64,000 nucleotides of DNA from Chrysomallon squamiferum. Its lineage: Eukaryota; Animalia; Mollusca. The translations under genes were made by a program, and so were the position numbers. The DNA is taken from assembly GCA_012295275.1 (NCBI GenBank), contig CM022675.1, positions 1,550,001 through 1,614,000 on the forward strand, written 5' to 3'. The notes beneath the pieces were generated by a model that was not told the DNA's origin, did not search any database, and saw nothing but the letters and a program-made list of their open reading frames with translations. Below are positions 10,600 to 23,740 of this stretch, in pieces (positions within the stretch are counted from its first letter, which is position 1; the number at the start of each line of letters is the position of its first letter).

Positions 10600-13343
10600 T
10601 AATAATAAGTAAAAAAATAAAAATATAAACAAAACGAATAATTAATTAAATAATTAATTAATTAGTTAATAAGCAGTTACAACTACTACTGCTACTACTC
10701 TGACTACGACTACGACTAATGATAATAGTAGTATTGCTGACCTACCATTTGAGCTGTATTATTAGGTATATCAACAACTGAAAATAGTTCACGTCTTAAA
10801 AATGTTAAGTACATGAGCACCCATCATTTATTTCTTATTATTCATATTTTATTATTAATATTATTATTATTATTATTATTATTATTAGTAGTAGTAGTAG
10901 TAGTAGTAGTACAATATTCTTTTTTCTTATTATTTTTTGTAAAAAAAAAAAAAAATAAATAAATAAATAAATAAATAAATAAAAAAATAATACGAATAAT
11001 ATATGTGTATATATATATATATAATGAACACATATAGACACATATACAGACTAAATATCGTGTTATATGACTTCTGCTTTCAGAATTTGTCTTCCATTTT
11101 TAAGTACAGTTTATTTTTAATATTAGCAGTGTTATTATCATCCACACTTTTATAGAGGAATGTTGCACTGTACTTTCCAAAGCGAATTGTTTGTATCTAA
11201 ATATCTGTTGTTATTATTATTAGTTATTGACTTTCAGCGCTTCTAATCATTCTTAAACTTCCTTGAAATTATATACCTATTTATTTTTTTTAATTATTAT
11301 TTTTTTTTTTTTTCTTTTTTTTTGGAACTGGAAAAGATGGCATTTAATTTCCACCCCTTAACATAATGTTCTTTATAATTCCTTGCCAAAAATATAATTT
11401 TGCTTGAGATTTGTAAACACAAATATTGTAATACTTTTAAACAGAGCCAGAATCAGGTAGTCTCAGAGTGGAGTCATGTACTGCTGATAATCAGAAAACT
11501 GGAGAAGACAGTGAAACTTTGAAAATCATTGAAGACAGGTACTGATTTATTTTAACCGATTTTTTTATTTCTTTTGTATACTTTTACTTGTTTATCACAT
11601 AACTCATAAACAAGGATTTTTATATGACTCAGAGAACACATGGAAATAATGAGCACCATCTTCATCATCATCATCATTATTATTCTTGCTGCAGTTTTTG
11701 TTGTTACTGTTGTTATTATTATTATTAATATTATTATTGTTGTTGTTGTTTTTGTTTTTGTTGTTATTTTTATTATTATTAGTATTATTACTAGCATCAT
11801 CATTATTATTAGTATTATAATTTTACTTTTTATTGTTTTTTTTTTTTTTTTTTTTGTTCTTTTGTCATTTATTTATTAATTTATTTATTTATCTTAAATT
11901 TTTGTTAATATTATTATTTTTATTTCTTATTTTTATTTATTTTCTCTTCGATAAACGAGATATATTCTGGATTCAAAAAAATCATTTACATAAAAATTAA
12001 TGACATCTCGGTAAACAAACAAACTGCAGACTAATTGTTTTGCAAATATTTAGAATTATTTGTTTTTAAATATCTAACTTCTAATAACTGAAACTGCGAA
12101 TCACTCTTTAAAACACCTAGAGTTTATTCATATCGAGAAAACTAAAGAGAAATGCTATTTTATCTGATACTCTTTATTTATTCAGCTGTCCATCGTCTGA
12201 GATCGGTAAACTGATGATACAGGAGCCTGAAAGATCGGGAAACAACGTCACATTCAAGTTGAAAGCTTTCACCTTTAACAAAAACAACGCAGTCTCTACA
12301 GAATGTTCTGTCAAAGTTTGTCCTCCAGATCAAAAATTTCTGTGTGACCCAGTAAGTTTTATCATTCCTAACTTGTACATTGGTTCTATTAGTCCATTTT
12401 AGTTTTGATTTATCGTTGGAAAAAAAAAAAAAAATAATAATAACAACAAAAACAAACAAAAATCAAGCGTTTAATGTTTGAAATATAACTCTTTGGACAG
12501 ATGAATATAATTTTTAGTGATAAAAAAGAAAAAAAGAAAACAGAATTATTACACAAGTTATTGCCACGTATTCTGGCAAACAATAATATATATATTAAAA
12601 TCAAATAAATAAAAATAAAGATAAAAAGGAAACAACAAAAGAGTGTGAATATATAAGAAGCAAAAATTAATTAGAAATATCATAATTATCTCTATAGTTG
12701 AGTAATTTATATGTTGTAGATTTGTGAAGCACTATTTTATTCATTAGCCAAAAGATTTACTCAAGTTTTCCTATAAAATAATAATAAAAACAAAATAACA
12801 CAATTACCTTATGTTTCTCTGTCACAATTTTCGCATAAAACATTTAAATCTCAGGTGGACTGCAATGGCAAGGAAGGATTTGGAAGGAAACGAAGATTTG
12901 CTGAAACGTCTGATGAACTTGTCAGAAAAACATTTACTGTACTGAACCTGATGGTTGAAGATCGAAGACCAAGTGAGTTTGTTTTCTGTTGATTGATTTC
13001 ATTATTTGTTGTCACAGCTTAACTCGAATATGTGATAATTTTTATTGTTTATTTTTTTATTTTTTTATTTTTTCTTACCGTAACTCATATTTGATTTTAA
13101 TTCTGTAAACAGTTTAACAGATACTAGTTGCAATAAGAAGACAAACAAAAAACATCTTACATTTAAAACACTTCCTACATTTTAGGTGACTCACAGACAT
13201 CAGTTGAACAGCAAGGATCTGATGAAGTTAATGTCAACAACACGATTCTGATTGTTCTGTGTGTTGTCATGGTGATCATCTTCTCACTTGTCATTGGGAT
13301 TGTGGCGATGCTCTTCCTGAAGAAGAAAAGATCCAATCAGTAA
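3386..13343 (+). CDS. Copy 1: EGF-EGF-ZP membrane protein with 4 SRCR domains inserted in ZP-C (ELDP/EGFZP-like, SRCR-containing); +1 frameshift in exon 13 as assembled
   Basis: Hand-spliced GT-AG coding exons: 3386-3437 (signal peptide MWISFVYLLLLSCSITLG), 4295-4417 (EGF1, YFDCRRQGQDC), 4558-4695 (EGF2), 5263-5450 and 5675-5829 (ZP-N, 4 Cys), 6131-6273 (linker and start of ZP-C), 6491-6535 (linker), 6726-6867 and 7163-7335 (SRCR1), 7461-7608 and 8198-8349 (SRCR2), 8667-8823 and 9091-9264 (SRCR3), 9461-9617 and 10181-10347 (SRCR4), 11445-11538 and 12186-12351 (ZP-C: LRVESCTA, IIEDSCP, FKLKAFTF, ECSVKVC), 12855-12972 (GFGRKRR furin site, VRKTFTV patch), 13186-13343 (TM, KKKR, stop). All phases are compatible except exon 13 (174 nt versus 173 in copy 2). 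About 882 aa if corrected. Confidence 0.9.
6491..10347 (+). other. SRCR cassette of copy 1 (linker exon plus 4 two-exon SRCR domains)
   Basis: SRCR signatures VRLVDG..EGRVEVLYKGKWG, IRLVNG..EGRVEIKYLGMWGTVCD and FGEGSGPIFLRNIHCLGNETSLEQC..CDHRNDAGIKC. Each domain is a phase 1-2 exon plus a phase 2-1 exon. Confidence 0.92.
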
Positions 13344-13609
13344 ATGGAAGATGTCAACAAACATCACATTTAGTTAACCTGACGAACATTTCACGAACTG
13401 AAATCTGTTTTAAAATAGTTGATGTAGAAGCAAATTAAAACTGTTTTCTTCTTTTTTTCTTTAAACGTTTGTAGATAAAGCTAACTGTATTATGTTTTTG
13501 TAATTATTCGTGTGCTTTTCATTTTTTATTATACATTAACCTCTTTATCATTCTTTTGTTCTTCTTCTTCTCCTTTTTGTTGTTCCTGTTCTTGTTGTTG
13601 TTCTTCTAC

Positions 13610-13665
<56 letters not shown>

Positions 13666-14185
13666 ATAAATGTTCTAATTAATTTTATTTATTTATTTAT
13701 TTAGTTATACATTTATTTATTTACTTATTATTTTAATGATTATTATTATTATTATATTTTATGGCTTCTTTTGAAACAGTTATTTCTTATTTTTCATGTT
13801 TCTTTTTTTTTTCCTTTTTACATTTATTATTCGTTTTTTCTGTTCTTTTTTTATTGTTTTTGTTGTTGTTGTTTTTTTTTCTCTTTTTTTTTTTCGGTTT
13901 TATTGTTCTTTTTGTTCTGCTTGCTTCTTTGTTTGTTTCTTTGTTTTAATATATTATCTGTTTTGTTTCGTCCACTAAGGCTCTGCTTTTGTTTTTTGAT
14001 CTCATTAAGTAAAGAGTGCATTGTCTAAGAATTTTGCTTTGTTATATAAGAAGCTGCTTCATTTCCTTCACCTTTGTTTTCAAATTATTACTAATTTATT
14101 TTACTTTATCCAAAATGTGTTTGTTTGTTTGCGTATTTATTATTTACACTATTTTATATTTAGTTTTTGTTTTTTTTCTTTACTG

Positions 14186-14191
14186 AATAAA
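14186..14191 (+). terminator. Candidate polyadenylation signal of copy 1
   Basis: AATAAA at the homologous position in all three 3' flanks (14186, 35717, 62087), each followed by gctt..caatga-like context. AATAAA is common in DNA this AT-rich. Confidence 0.35.
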
Positions 14192-14647
14192 GCTTGGAGC
14201 AATGATTTTTATGCGATTTGTTTTATTTAGCAAGTTGTAATCATTACTTGCATATTATTTCATATTCATATAAGTATTGTCATTAGTCTTCATCAGAAAA
14301 CAAATGACCTCACTGTTTTGCTGGTCCTGTTTGTTATTATTGATTTTGTTCTACGTTGTCTCTATCGATATTCCGGAGGTTTGGTATAAATTCATGCAGA
14401 GGAAAAATATTACAATGTGCCCTGACCATATTTCCAAACTACGTGATAAAATCAAATACTGTTGTTTAAGGAATATTGTTGTGATATCTACTTTTGATGC
14501 TACCAAAGGTATAATAACAATAATAACAACAACAACAAGAACAACAATAATATTAATAATAATAATAAGAAGAAGAAGAATACACAAATACAAATATCAT
14601 CAACATCAGCAACAATAATGATAACTGAATAATAATAATAATAATAA

Positions 14648-14690
<43 letters not shown>

Positions 14691-15659
14691 GTATCAATAA
14701 CAACAAAAAACAATAACAGTAATAATAGCAACTATGAAAACAAAAGCAACAATAATGTTAATAATAATAAAAAATAAAATGTGTTCAGTTGGTCACATAA
14801 TACAGTTTTATATTTTTATATTACATTATGGGCTACAAGTCTTTCATTTAGTAATTATCTGAAGAAGGTAAATAGGAATTAATCTGATATTTTTTGTTTT
14901 AAAAATTATTGAAGAGTGTTCAGTCATGTAGTTCATCAAACCATTAAATTTACAACCAGTAACTCCCGTTTACAACCCGAAATTAGACAAATAATTAAAA
15001 TATCAGTGTTTCCCAATTAACTTTGATGTTATATAAGATGCCACAGCGATTACAAGAAGACTAAATCGGCTAACTGGATAGCGTAGGAGATAATGATTTA
15101 AAACAAAAGACACGAGAAACATGAAAAATCATATATATTGTTATATGCGATATCCACTATTTTTAATATTACTATTATAAATGAGCACATAACTGCAGAT
15201 GAATTATTTTTTTCGCAGCAGTTTTTGTATTGAAAAGTTTCAAGCTTCTGCCCCAGTTCACAATATTGCTTTGTAATGAAGCTGTCACATCGCTGTGGTC
15301 AGTTTATGATAATTATATATAACAATATAGTTGCAATGAATATTTAATTCCGCAGTAAAACTGTAATTTGATAGTGTAATCATAAAACATTAGAAATGTG
15401 GTAATAATTAATCAAATTCTTCCAATATTTTAAGTAAAAAAATTGTTTATCAGTTGAATTATGGATTTCAAAAGGAACAGTTTTCCTTTAATATCTCTTT
15501 ATACAGTTTAGAAACAAATATCTCCACCTCGATCATGATTCTGTAAACGTTTTAATTTATCTTGTTTGTTTTTGTGTTTTTGTGTTTTTTTTGTTTCTTT
15601 TATTTTCTTTAGTTTTTTTAATTGGTTATTATTATTAATATCATTATCTCATACTCTAA

Positions 15660-15696
<37 letters not shown>

Positions 15697-16312
15697 AATG
15701 TTTTTTTAAGACAGAAGAGGATCATACATTGCAGTTAAAGTTTTAACTGTGTTTAAGAAAATATTAACACAGGAGACTAAAACATCCTGCTAAGATTACC
15801 TAAACTCATCCAGGTGTTACGAGAGTTAGTCTTCTGTTTGTGCTTAGATAACAAATAATACATCGATTCTTGTAGCTTTTGTTAGAGTCACACAAACAGT
15901 TTTACCTCGAGACATCTCACATCTACTGCTCTACGGACAGGGTTCAGTGGTTGTGTATGCGTTGCTATTTGTTCGTTATTTTTACTGCAACAATTATTTC
16001 GAATACTACAGCTACCACTAATCCTACTCCTACCATTTGTCATTCTGCCAGTACTATGACTACCTACTAATTATAATACTAAAATGAAGACTTCAACTCC
16101 TAATACTTTTACCAGTAGTACTAAAATAACCAGCAATGCTACAAATATAACTGATACTAATACCGTTGTGACTAATATGCCTATTGCTACCAGAACAGCA
16201 ACTACTATTACCATTACCACTAATAACTCTACTACTACTGCCTCTAATAGTACTAATTCTGCTACTGTATATTTGACTTTATTTTACACAAGTGTTCATT
16301 TTAAAGTTAAAA

Positions 16313-16397
<85 letters not shown>

Positions 16398-17130
16398 TTG
16401 TTATCACGTAATATACGTTCTGCACAGACTTTGAGAGCTTTCAGACACTGCACTGAATAACTTTCAAAATAAATTTCAACGTTAAATTAAGCTTCATATT
16501 ACATGTTTAACTGATTTATATAGAACAAAAGAGAAATGCTCTGAGATAGATATTATTTCTGCGGGTGTTAGGGTGGTGCACGGAGTTGTATCTGCAGGTG
16601 AATTAAGCATATACCAATACAAAAAAAAACATTATTTATTATATATATCTCTCAGCCAGTGATATTTGTTACTATTTGATTTCTCTAACGAAAGCAGCTT
16701 AATTAAGTATAAAAATATGTGTACGTTTCAGTAGTTGCATTATCCAAGATATTTACTCTTTTTTATTCACTATAGATTCATATATTTACTTTTGTTTTAA
16801 GAATGTGCAGAGCGTCGTCTTAAAATGTGGCTTTGTTTTTATTTTTAAACCTCGCAGTGCCATTCTATACTTGACTATTTTTCTTTTACTACTGAATTAC
16901 TTTCAAACACTAAGTGAATTTCCGTTCAATGGCTTATTTGTACAATACTTACCCTATATATGTGTAGGTGTGTGTGCATTTTATGATTTGAATACTGTCT
17001 GTCTAATGTACGTCTGTTTAGACTCCGGTCACAGACAAAATCCACGAACGCATAGGTATAAAAATATGTGTTCTTCCCCGTAGCTGCATTATCCAAATAT
17101 TTACTTATAGTTTTTGTTTTGTTTATTCCT

Positions 17131-17190
<60 letters not shown>

Positions 17191-17284
17191 CAATGTGCAG
17201 AGTGTCGTTATAAAATGTAGCTGAGGGTTTTATGTTTAAAGCTCGCAGTGACATTCTATACTTGACTATTTTACTACTGAATTA

Positions 17285-17390
17285 GTCAGACCTCACAAAC
17301 CTCATACGATGTCGCTGACGAGACACGAACGTATGGCGCCCATTCTCCCGCACTCCGAAGGCGGACGACATTACCGTTCCGCCATCAAGA
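17285..17390 (-). mobile_element. tRNA-derived SINE head (tRNA-Arg-like)
   Basis: Minus strand reads TGGCGGAACGG (A box, TRGCNNARYGG), then GTCCGCCTTCGGA, then GTTCGTGTC (degenerate B box). It is a GC-rich island in AT-rich DNA and does not fold into a clean cloverleaf. Confidence 0.6.
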
Positions 17391-17478
17391 CAAACTTAAA
17401 AGGAGTAACCTGAGTGACTATATTAATCCTATTTGCCTATCCTAGACGAAGGAGCAGTTTTAGTGTGTCTGTGTGTGC

Positions 17479-17479
<1 letters not shown>

Positions 17480-17524
<45 letters not shown>

Positions 17525-17535
17525 GTGTGTGGTGT

Positions 17536-17630
<95 letters not shown>

Positions 17631-17636
17631 AAACCA

Positions 17637-17665
<29 letters not shown>
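17480..17665. repeat. (TA)n/(CA)n compound microsatellite
   Basis: Direct reading. Confidence 0.95.
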
Positions 17666-17667
<2 letters not shown>

Positions 17668-19063
17668 AGTACAAAAAAAAGAAAAGAAGGGAAAAAAGAC
17701 TTCTGTTTTGACGCCTGTCTGACTCCAACCTCTTTCTGTACAGATTGTGAGAACTTTCAGACACTGCACTGAATGACTTTCAAAATAAACTACGATGTTA
17801 AATTAAGCTTGATATTGCATGATTTCTGTAGAGTAAAAACGAAATGCTCTAAGATAAATCTTTTAATTTGCAGGTGTTAGGGTGTGACACGAAGTTGTAT
17901 TTTCAGATGAATGTGTAAACACTATTCAAAACAGAAAAAAAGTTTGTTTCTAAATATATCTATGAGCCATTAGTATTAGTTATAATTTTATTTCTCTGAC
18001 GAGGGTAGCTTAATATAGTATAAAATATATGCATACGTTTCTGCAGCTGCATCATTCAAGATATTTGTTTAAATTATTTTTGTAACATGTGTATACTCAT
18101 GTCTAACAGGTGAGAATTATTATTGTAAACAATTTTAGCACACAGACGTACATAAATCATATTTTTACTTTTATTAATAATTTTACTCATTTATCTTCTT
18201 TTATTTTTATTTGTATTATTATTGTGTGCATATTATGTAAATACACAAACACACATACAGACAGACACACACACAAACATACATGTAGAATCGTGTTGTA
18301 CAAACTAATCTGCATATTGTTCATACCATTTCTCAGAAATATTTATTTGTCTATTTTTTACATATCTATCGATCTATCTATCTATCGATCTATCTATATG
18401 TATCTATGTATCAATATGTTATTATATATGTATGTGTATATGTCTATCTATCTCTCTGTCTAGTTATCTATTTATCTCTGTAACCCACTTATTCGTCTAT
18501 GTGTTAGTCTTATAGTTGCTTTTGTCCACTGATATAAAATCAAGTTTTGTGTCCATATGAATAACTGAATATAGGGGAAATAGTCAGAGGAAAAAGTCAA
18601 AGGAAAAAAAAAATCAGAATTTTTTATTAAGAAATACATTAGCAACATAAAAGCATTGCTCTAGTTATTGTGTTAAATCTTTGTTAAAGTTTTCTTTTCC
18701 TTTTCTTGCCTCCTATTTCTATAACTTATTTTACATTACTTTCGAATGAAAGATTGATTAAACAAATTGTATCACAGGTTTTTTTGTTGTTTATTTTAAT
18801 ATTCTTTGATTTTAATGTTGGTGGTTTAGACAGATATTCCACCCAATACCATAAATAAATGTTACCATAAAGAAAGTTTTGTGGTTCTCAAGGCGATCGG
18901 CATATAATAATGTAGATGATTTTCCAAAGTATCCACTGTCTTGTTTGTCATGTTTATTTCTGAATCGTGAGCAAAAGGAAGAAGAAAAACATAGAGTGAA
19001 CCAGAACTAATGGGAAATGAGACGTTTCTCAATATATCTCCGCCTTTTCTATAATGAAAGTAT

Positions 19064-19110
<47 letters not shown>

Positions 19111-19269
19111 GTTAGTTAATTAGTTAGTTACTTTGTTAGTTAGTTATTTGTTGATTCCTTCTACTGCGTTATATTTTTATGTTATTTTATTTATTTCTTT
19201 ATTCACTTGGCTTTCCAATTTAATAAAATGAATATATAAATAAATATTAATATTATTTTTAACTGCCCA

Positions 19270-19560
19270 TGTAGACTGGTACTCTCACAACAGTCACCCT
19301 TTTTTACCACTGGTCATGCATCAACTAACATAAAAACACGTGTAACACATCACTGCTCTCATCTAGTCTGGTCATGAATCTCTAACATAAAAACACGTGT
19401 AACACATCACGTCTAACACTCGCTGATTTCTTTCACTTGTCATGAATCAACTAACAGACGTTTAGGTATTTCTGACTGATTTTAACCTCAAAGGTAGCCC
19501 ACAAAATTGTCTATGAATTTACTGTCGCAGAAACAATATTTATTATGGTGTACTGATAAT
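19270..19560. repeat. Locally dispersed repeat with ~98-bp internal unit (other copies ~21060-21300 and ~46190-46520)
   Basis: Shared motif cactgctcatctagactggtact..cactcacaacaacactcgctgtttt..catgaatcaactaacataaaaacacgtgtaac. Confidence 0.75.
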
Positions 19561-20118
19561 GATTTGTGTAGTCATTTTTAACACAGAAACATACACATTC
19601 ACACTCTTCTACGAGTTAACATACACACAAATATACTCACATAAACCACATACGTATGTATCAACAGTCAACTAAGCACGAGTACGCATATCTACATGCG
19701 TAAAGAAGCATCCATTATCGATCACACACACGCATAAACACACACACACAAACACACACACATCCATACACAGACAGACATATATATATAATGCACAGCC
19801 CCATATACATTTACACGCAGATACGTACATGCATATATACATGCATACATTCATATATACATGCATACATACATTCATATCACATACATACATACATATA
19901 TCTCTAATGTAATTTTATTGTAAGTATAAAAGTATGTCAGCACGTATATTGTTTATGTAATATTCAATTTGATTTTAAAAGTTAAAGTATGTCAGTACCT
20001 ATTATGTTTATGTAATTTTAATTTTATTATGAATATATAAGTATGTCAGCATGTCTAATGTTTAGGTAACATTTAGTTTTATTTTAGGTATAAAAGTTTG
20101 TCACCAAATGCAGTTCTA

Positions 20119-20202
<84 letters not shown>

Positions 20203-20304
20203 GTATTTCGTATTAAAACGAAACATTAATAGTTATCATGTAAAACAAAATTAATACAAATAAGTTACACGGAGAGATATATTGACTGGAAGCTAAAAGC
20301 AGAG

Positions 20305-20720
20305 AAAAAAGTGCGTTAACATAACAAAATATCATACAAGTAAACACACAGCAAATACAAAAATAACTAATTAAAATATCAAATTATACGAAACGATAAT
20401 GAGGTAGAGAAAAACACATATGTAGGGAGAAACAGAATGAGAAAAAGTGCGTTAACCCTAACAAAATATCATACAAGTAAATACATAGCAAATACAAAAA
20501 TAACTAATTAAAATATCAAATTATACGAAACGATAATGAGGTAGAGAAACAAACATATGTAGGGAGAAACAGAACGAGAAAAAGTACGTTAACCCTAACA
20601 AAATATCATAGAAGTAAATACATAGCAAATACAAAAATAACTAATTAAAATTTCAAAGTATACGAAACGACAATAAGGTAGAGAAACAAACACATGTAGG
20701 GACAAACAGAAAGAGAAAAA
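20305..20720. repeat. ~137-bp tandem repeat, 3 copies, inside a block duplicated at ~22160-22860
   Basis: Units at 20311, 20447 and 20584 (gtgcgttaac..caaaatatcatacaagtaaa..gtagggagaaacagaa). The duplicate block has a single unit. Confidence 0.85.
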
Positions 20721-21454
20721 GTGTAAGTGAGGACAAAGCTTCTTTTCTGAGTGTCACAAGAAACAAGGTAGGTTCACGTAAACATTTCAATGAATATGTT
20801 TGTACGCATTTGAATGCATTACTACTACTACTACTACTACTACTACTAATAATAATAATAATAACAATAACAATAATATTATTATGATTTCTATACCTTC
20901 TGTTACTGCTGCTACTACTATTACTACTACTACTTCTACTACTACTACTATTATTACGATTGATTCTAACACTAATGCTAATACTAATGCTCATTTAGGT
21001 CTGACAATATATGATAATAACTGTTTGTATAAAAGGCATTTTCTATTCGTTTTCTTTTTTCACTGCTCATCTAGACTGGTACTCTGCACTCACAACAACA
21101 CTCGCTGTTTTCCTTCATTTCTCATGCATCAACTAACATAAAAACACGTGTAATACGTCACTGTTCATCTAGACTGGTACCCTGGATCACGTAACAGACG
21201 TGTAGGTGTTTCTGAGTGCTTAAAGGTAACCCGCAAAATTATCTGCCAATTTACTGTCGCCGAAACAGTATCTATTATGGTGTACTGATACTCAATTGTG
21301 TGGTCATTTAGACACAGAAACATACAAATTCATAAAAACATACAAGAACATAAACACAAATATGCTCACATAAACCAAACACGTATGTATCAACAGACAA
21401 CTAAGCAGTCGTATAAATACAAACATACATACATACACACATACATACATATAC

Positions 21455-21815
21455 CTCTAATGTTTATGCAATTTTAATTTTATTATAAGTATAAAAGTAT
21501 GTCAGTACCCATAACGTTTATCTAAGATTTAGTTATATTATAAGTATAAAAGTGTAAACAGTTTTAGTTTTATTTTAAGTGTAAAACTGTCAATATTTCT
21601 AATGTTTATGTAATATTTAATTCATTATGAGTATACAATTATGTCAGTATCTCTAATGTTTATGTAATATTTAGTTTTATTTTAAGTGTAAAACTATGTC
21701 AATATTTCTAATGTGTATGTAATATTTAGTTTTATTTTAAGTTTAAAACTATGTCAGTACTTCTAATATTTATGTAACATTTAGATTTATTTTAAGTGTA
21801 AAACTATGTCAGTAC
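21455..21815. repeat. ~56-bp AT-rich minisatellite (related copy ~19900-20105)
   Basis: Unit tgtcagtacttctaatgtttatgtaatatttagttttattttaagtgtaaaacta. Confidence 0.75.
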
Positions 21816-22132
21816 AATGTCAGGAGTTATATATAATACGATTTCGCTTTTTAAGCCATTCACATCGAAATGAATGCACGAAATAAAAAAGAGTTAATGG
21901 AAAATCAATGTACTGTATATTAAACAGTAACTGTCAGTTTTGTTGATGTTAATATACTGTAGAAAATAAATAGTTGTGTGTATATTTGTGTTTGTGTGTA
22001 TGTTTTTTTTGTTTTTTGTTTTTTTCTTCTTTCTAATTTATTTCGTTTTCTTTATCTGTTCTTCTTTGTGTGGACATTAGCAGCATGTCGAAGTCAAATT
22101 CGAGGCGTTACATATCCAAATTTATCATTCTT

Positions 22133-22216
<84 letters not shown>

Positions 22217-23421
22217 ATATATTTCGTATTAAAACGAAACATTAATAGTTATCATGACAACAAAATGAACACAAATAAGATACACGGACAGATATATTGA
22301 CTGGAAGCTGAAAGCAGAGAAAAAAGTGCGTTAACACTAACAAAATATCACACAAGTAAATACACAGCAAATACAAAAATAAATAATTAAAATATCAAAT
22401 TATACGAAACGACAATTAGGTAGAGAAACAAACATATGTAGGGAAAAACAGAACGAGAACTGTGTAAGTGAGGACAAAGCTTCTTTTCTGAGTGTCACAA
22501 GAAACAAGGTAGGCTCACGTAAACATTTCAGTGAATATGTTTGTACCCATTTGAATGCATTACTACTACTACTACTACTACTACAACAACAACTACTACT
22601 ACTACTACTACTACTACTAATAATAATAATAATAATAATAACAATAATAATAATACTATTATTATTATTATTTCTATGCCTTCTGTTACTACTTCTACTA
22701 CAACTACTACTATTACTAGTACTACTTCTACTACTACTAATACTACTATTACGATTGATTCTAACACTAACGTTAATACTAATACTCATTTAGGTCCGTC
22801 AATATATGATAACAAATGTTTGTTTAAAAGGCATTTTCTGTTTGTTTTGTTTCTTAAAGTAGAGAATAATTTATCATAAATCAAACTGAAATACATTGAA
22901 ATCTGCATCCGCGGACATATCTGTAATACTTTATCTTGAGACTGTCCTCCACAATGTCTTCCATTATACGTGTAAAGTCTGTGTCACAGTCTTTGTTTTT
23001 AACTCGTCTCCTAAGTCGTTGTTTAGTCATGTATGACTATATCCAGTAGTGCTAGCTCTAGTAGTTGTAGTAGGAGTAGAAGTAATGACAGAACATTCAT
23101 AGATGTAGTAGATATAACAGCAAAAATAGTAATTGTAATAGATGTATTAATAACAGGAGTAATAGAAAATAAAGTGTTATCATCATTATTATTATTATTA
23201 TTATCGGTAGTAGTAGTAGTAAGAGTAGTAGCAGCAATAGTAGTAGTGGTAGTGGTAGTAGTAGTAATAGTAGTAGTAGTATTTGTATTTATTAATTTAT
23301 TTGTTTAGAGACACGCCCCATATGATGGGCATTATATAAATGTGATCCTGGAGTTTCATTGAAATCACTTAGATTGTATGAGGTCTGTCGCCCATGTATA
23401 TTATACTGTCAATGTATGATT

Positions 23422-23740
23422 ACTTCTTTAGTGTCCACTTTCTGTAAATATACATGCACATTACTTCAGTTAGTGTAATTTGTAAAACTACTTTAGTGTC
23501 CAATTTCTGTAAATGCATATGTACATTACTTCAGTCAGTGTAATTTGTAAAACTACTTTAGTGTCCAATTTCTGTAAATGCATACGTACATTAATTCAGT
23601 CAGTGTAATTTGTAAAACTACTTTAATGTACACTTTCTGTAAATACATGTGTACATTACTTCAGTCAGTGTAATTTGTATAACTTCTTTAGTTTCCACTT
23701 TCTGTAAATACATATGTACATTACTTCAGTCAGTGTGTTT
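23422..23740. repeat. 65-bp minisatellite, ~5 copies
   Basis: Same unit as 2440-2660. Units start at 23426, 23491, 23556, 23621 and 23686. Confidence 0.9.

Noticed and set aside
3386-13343. Naming the genes DMBT1
   Set aside because: There are no CUB domains, the SRCRs are internal to ZP-C rather than N-terminal, and the backbone is the FDCRR-type EGF-ZP family. Orthology is unsupported.
17285-17390. Functional tRNA gene
   Set aside because: No good acceptor stem, an irregular anticodon loop and a mutated B box. It is better read as a SINE head.
18570-19060. Possible DNA-transposon remnant starting ggggaaaatagtcagaggaaaaagtc
   Set aside because: I could not find a matching second terminus or a recognisable transposase motif.
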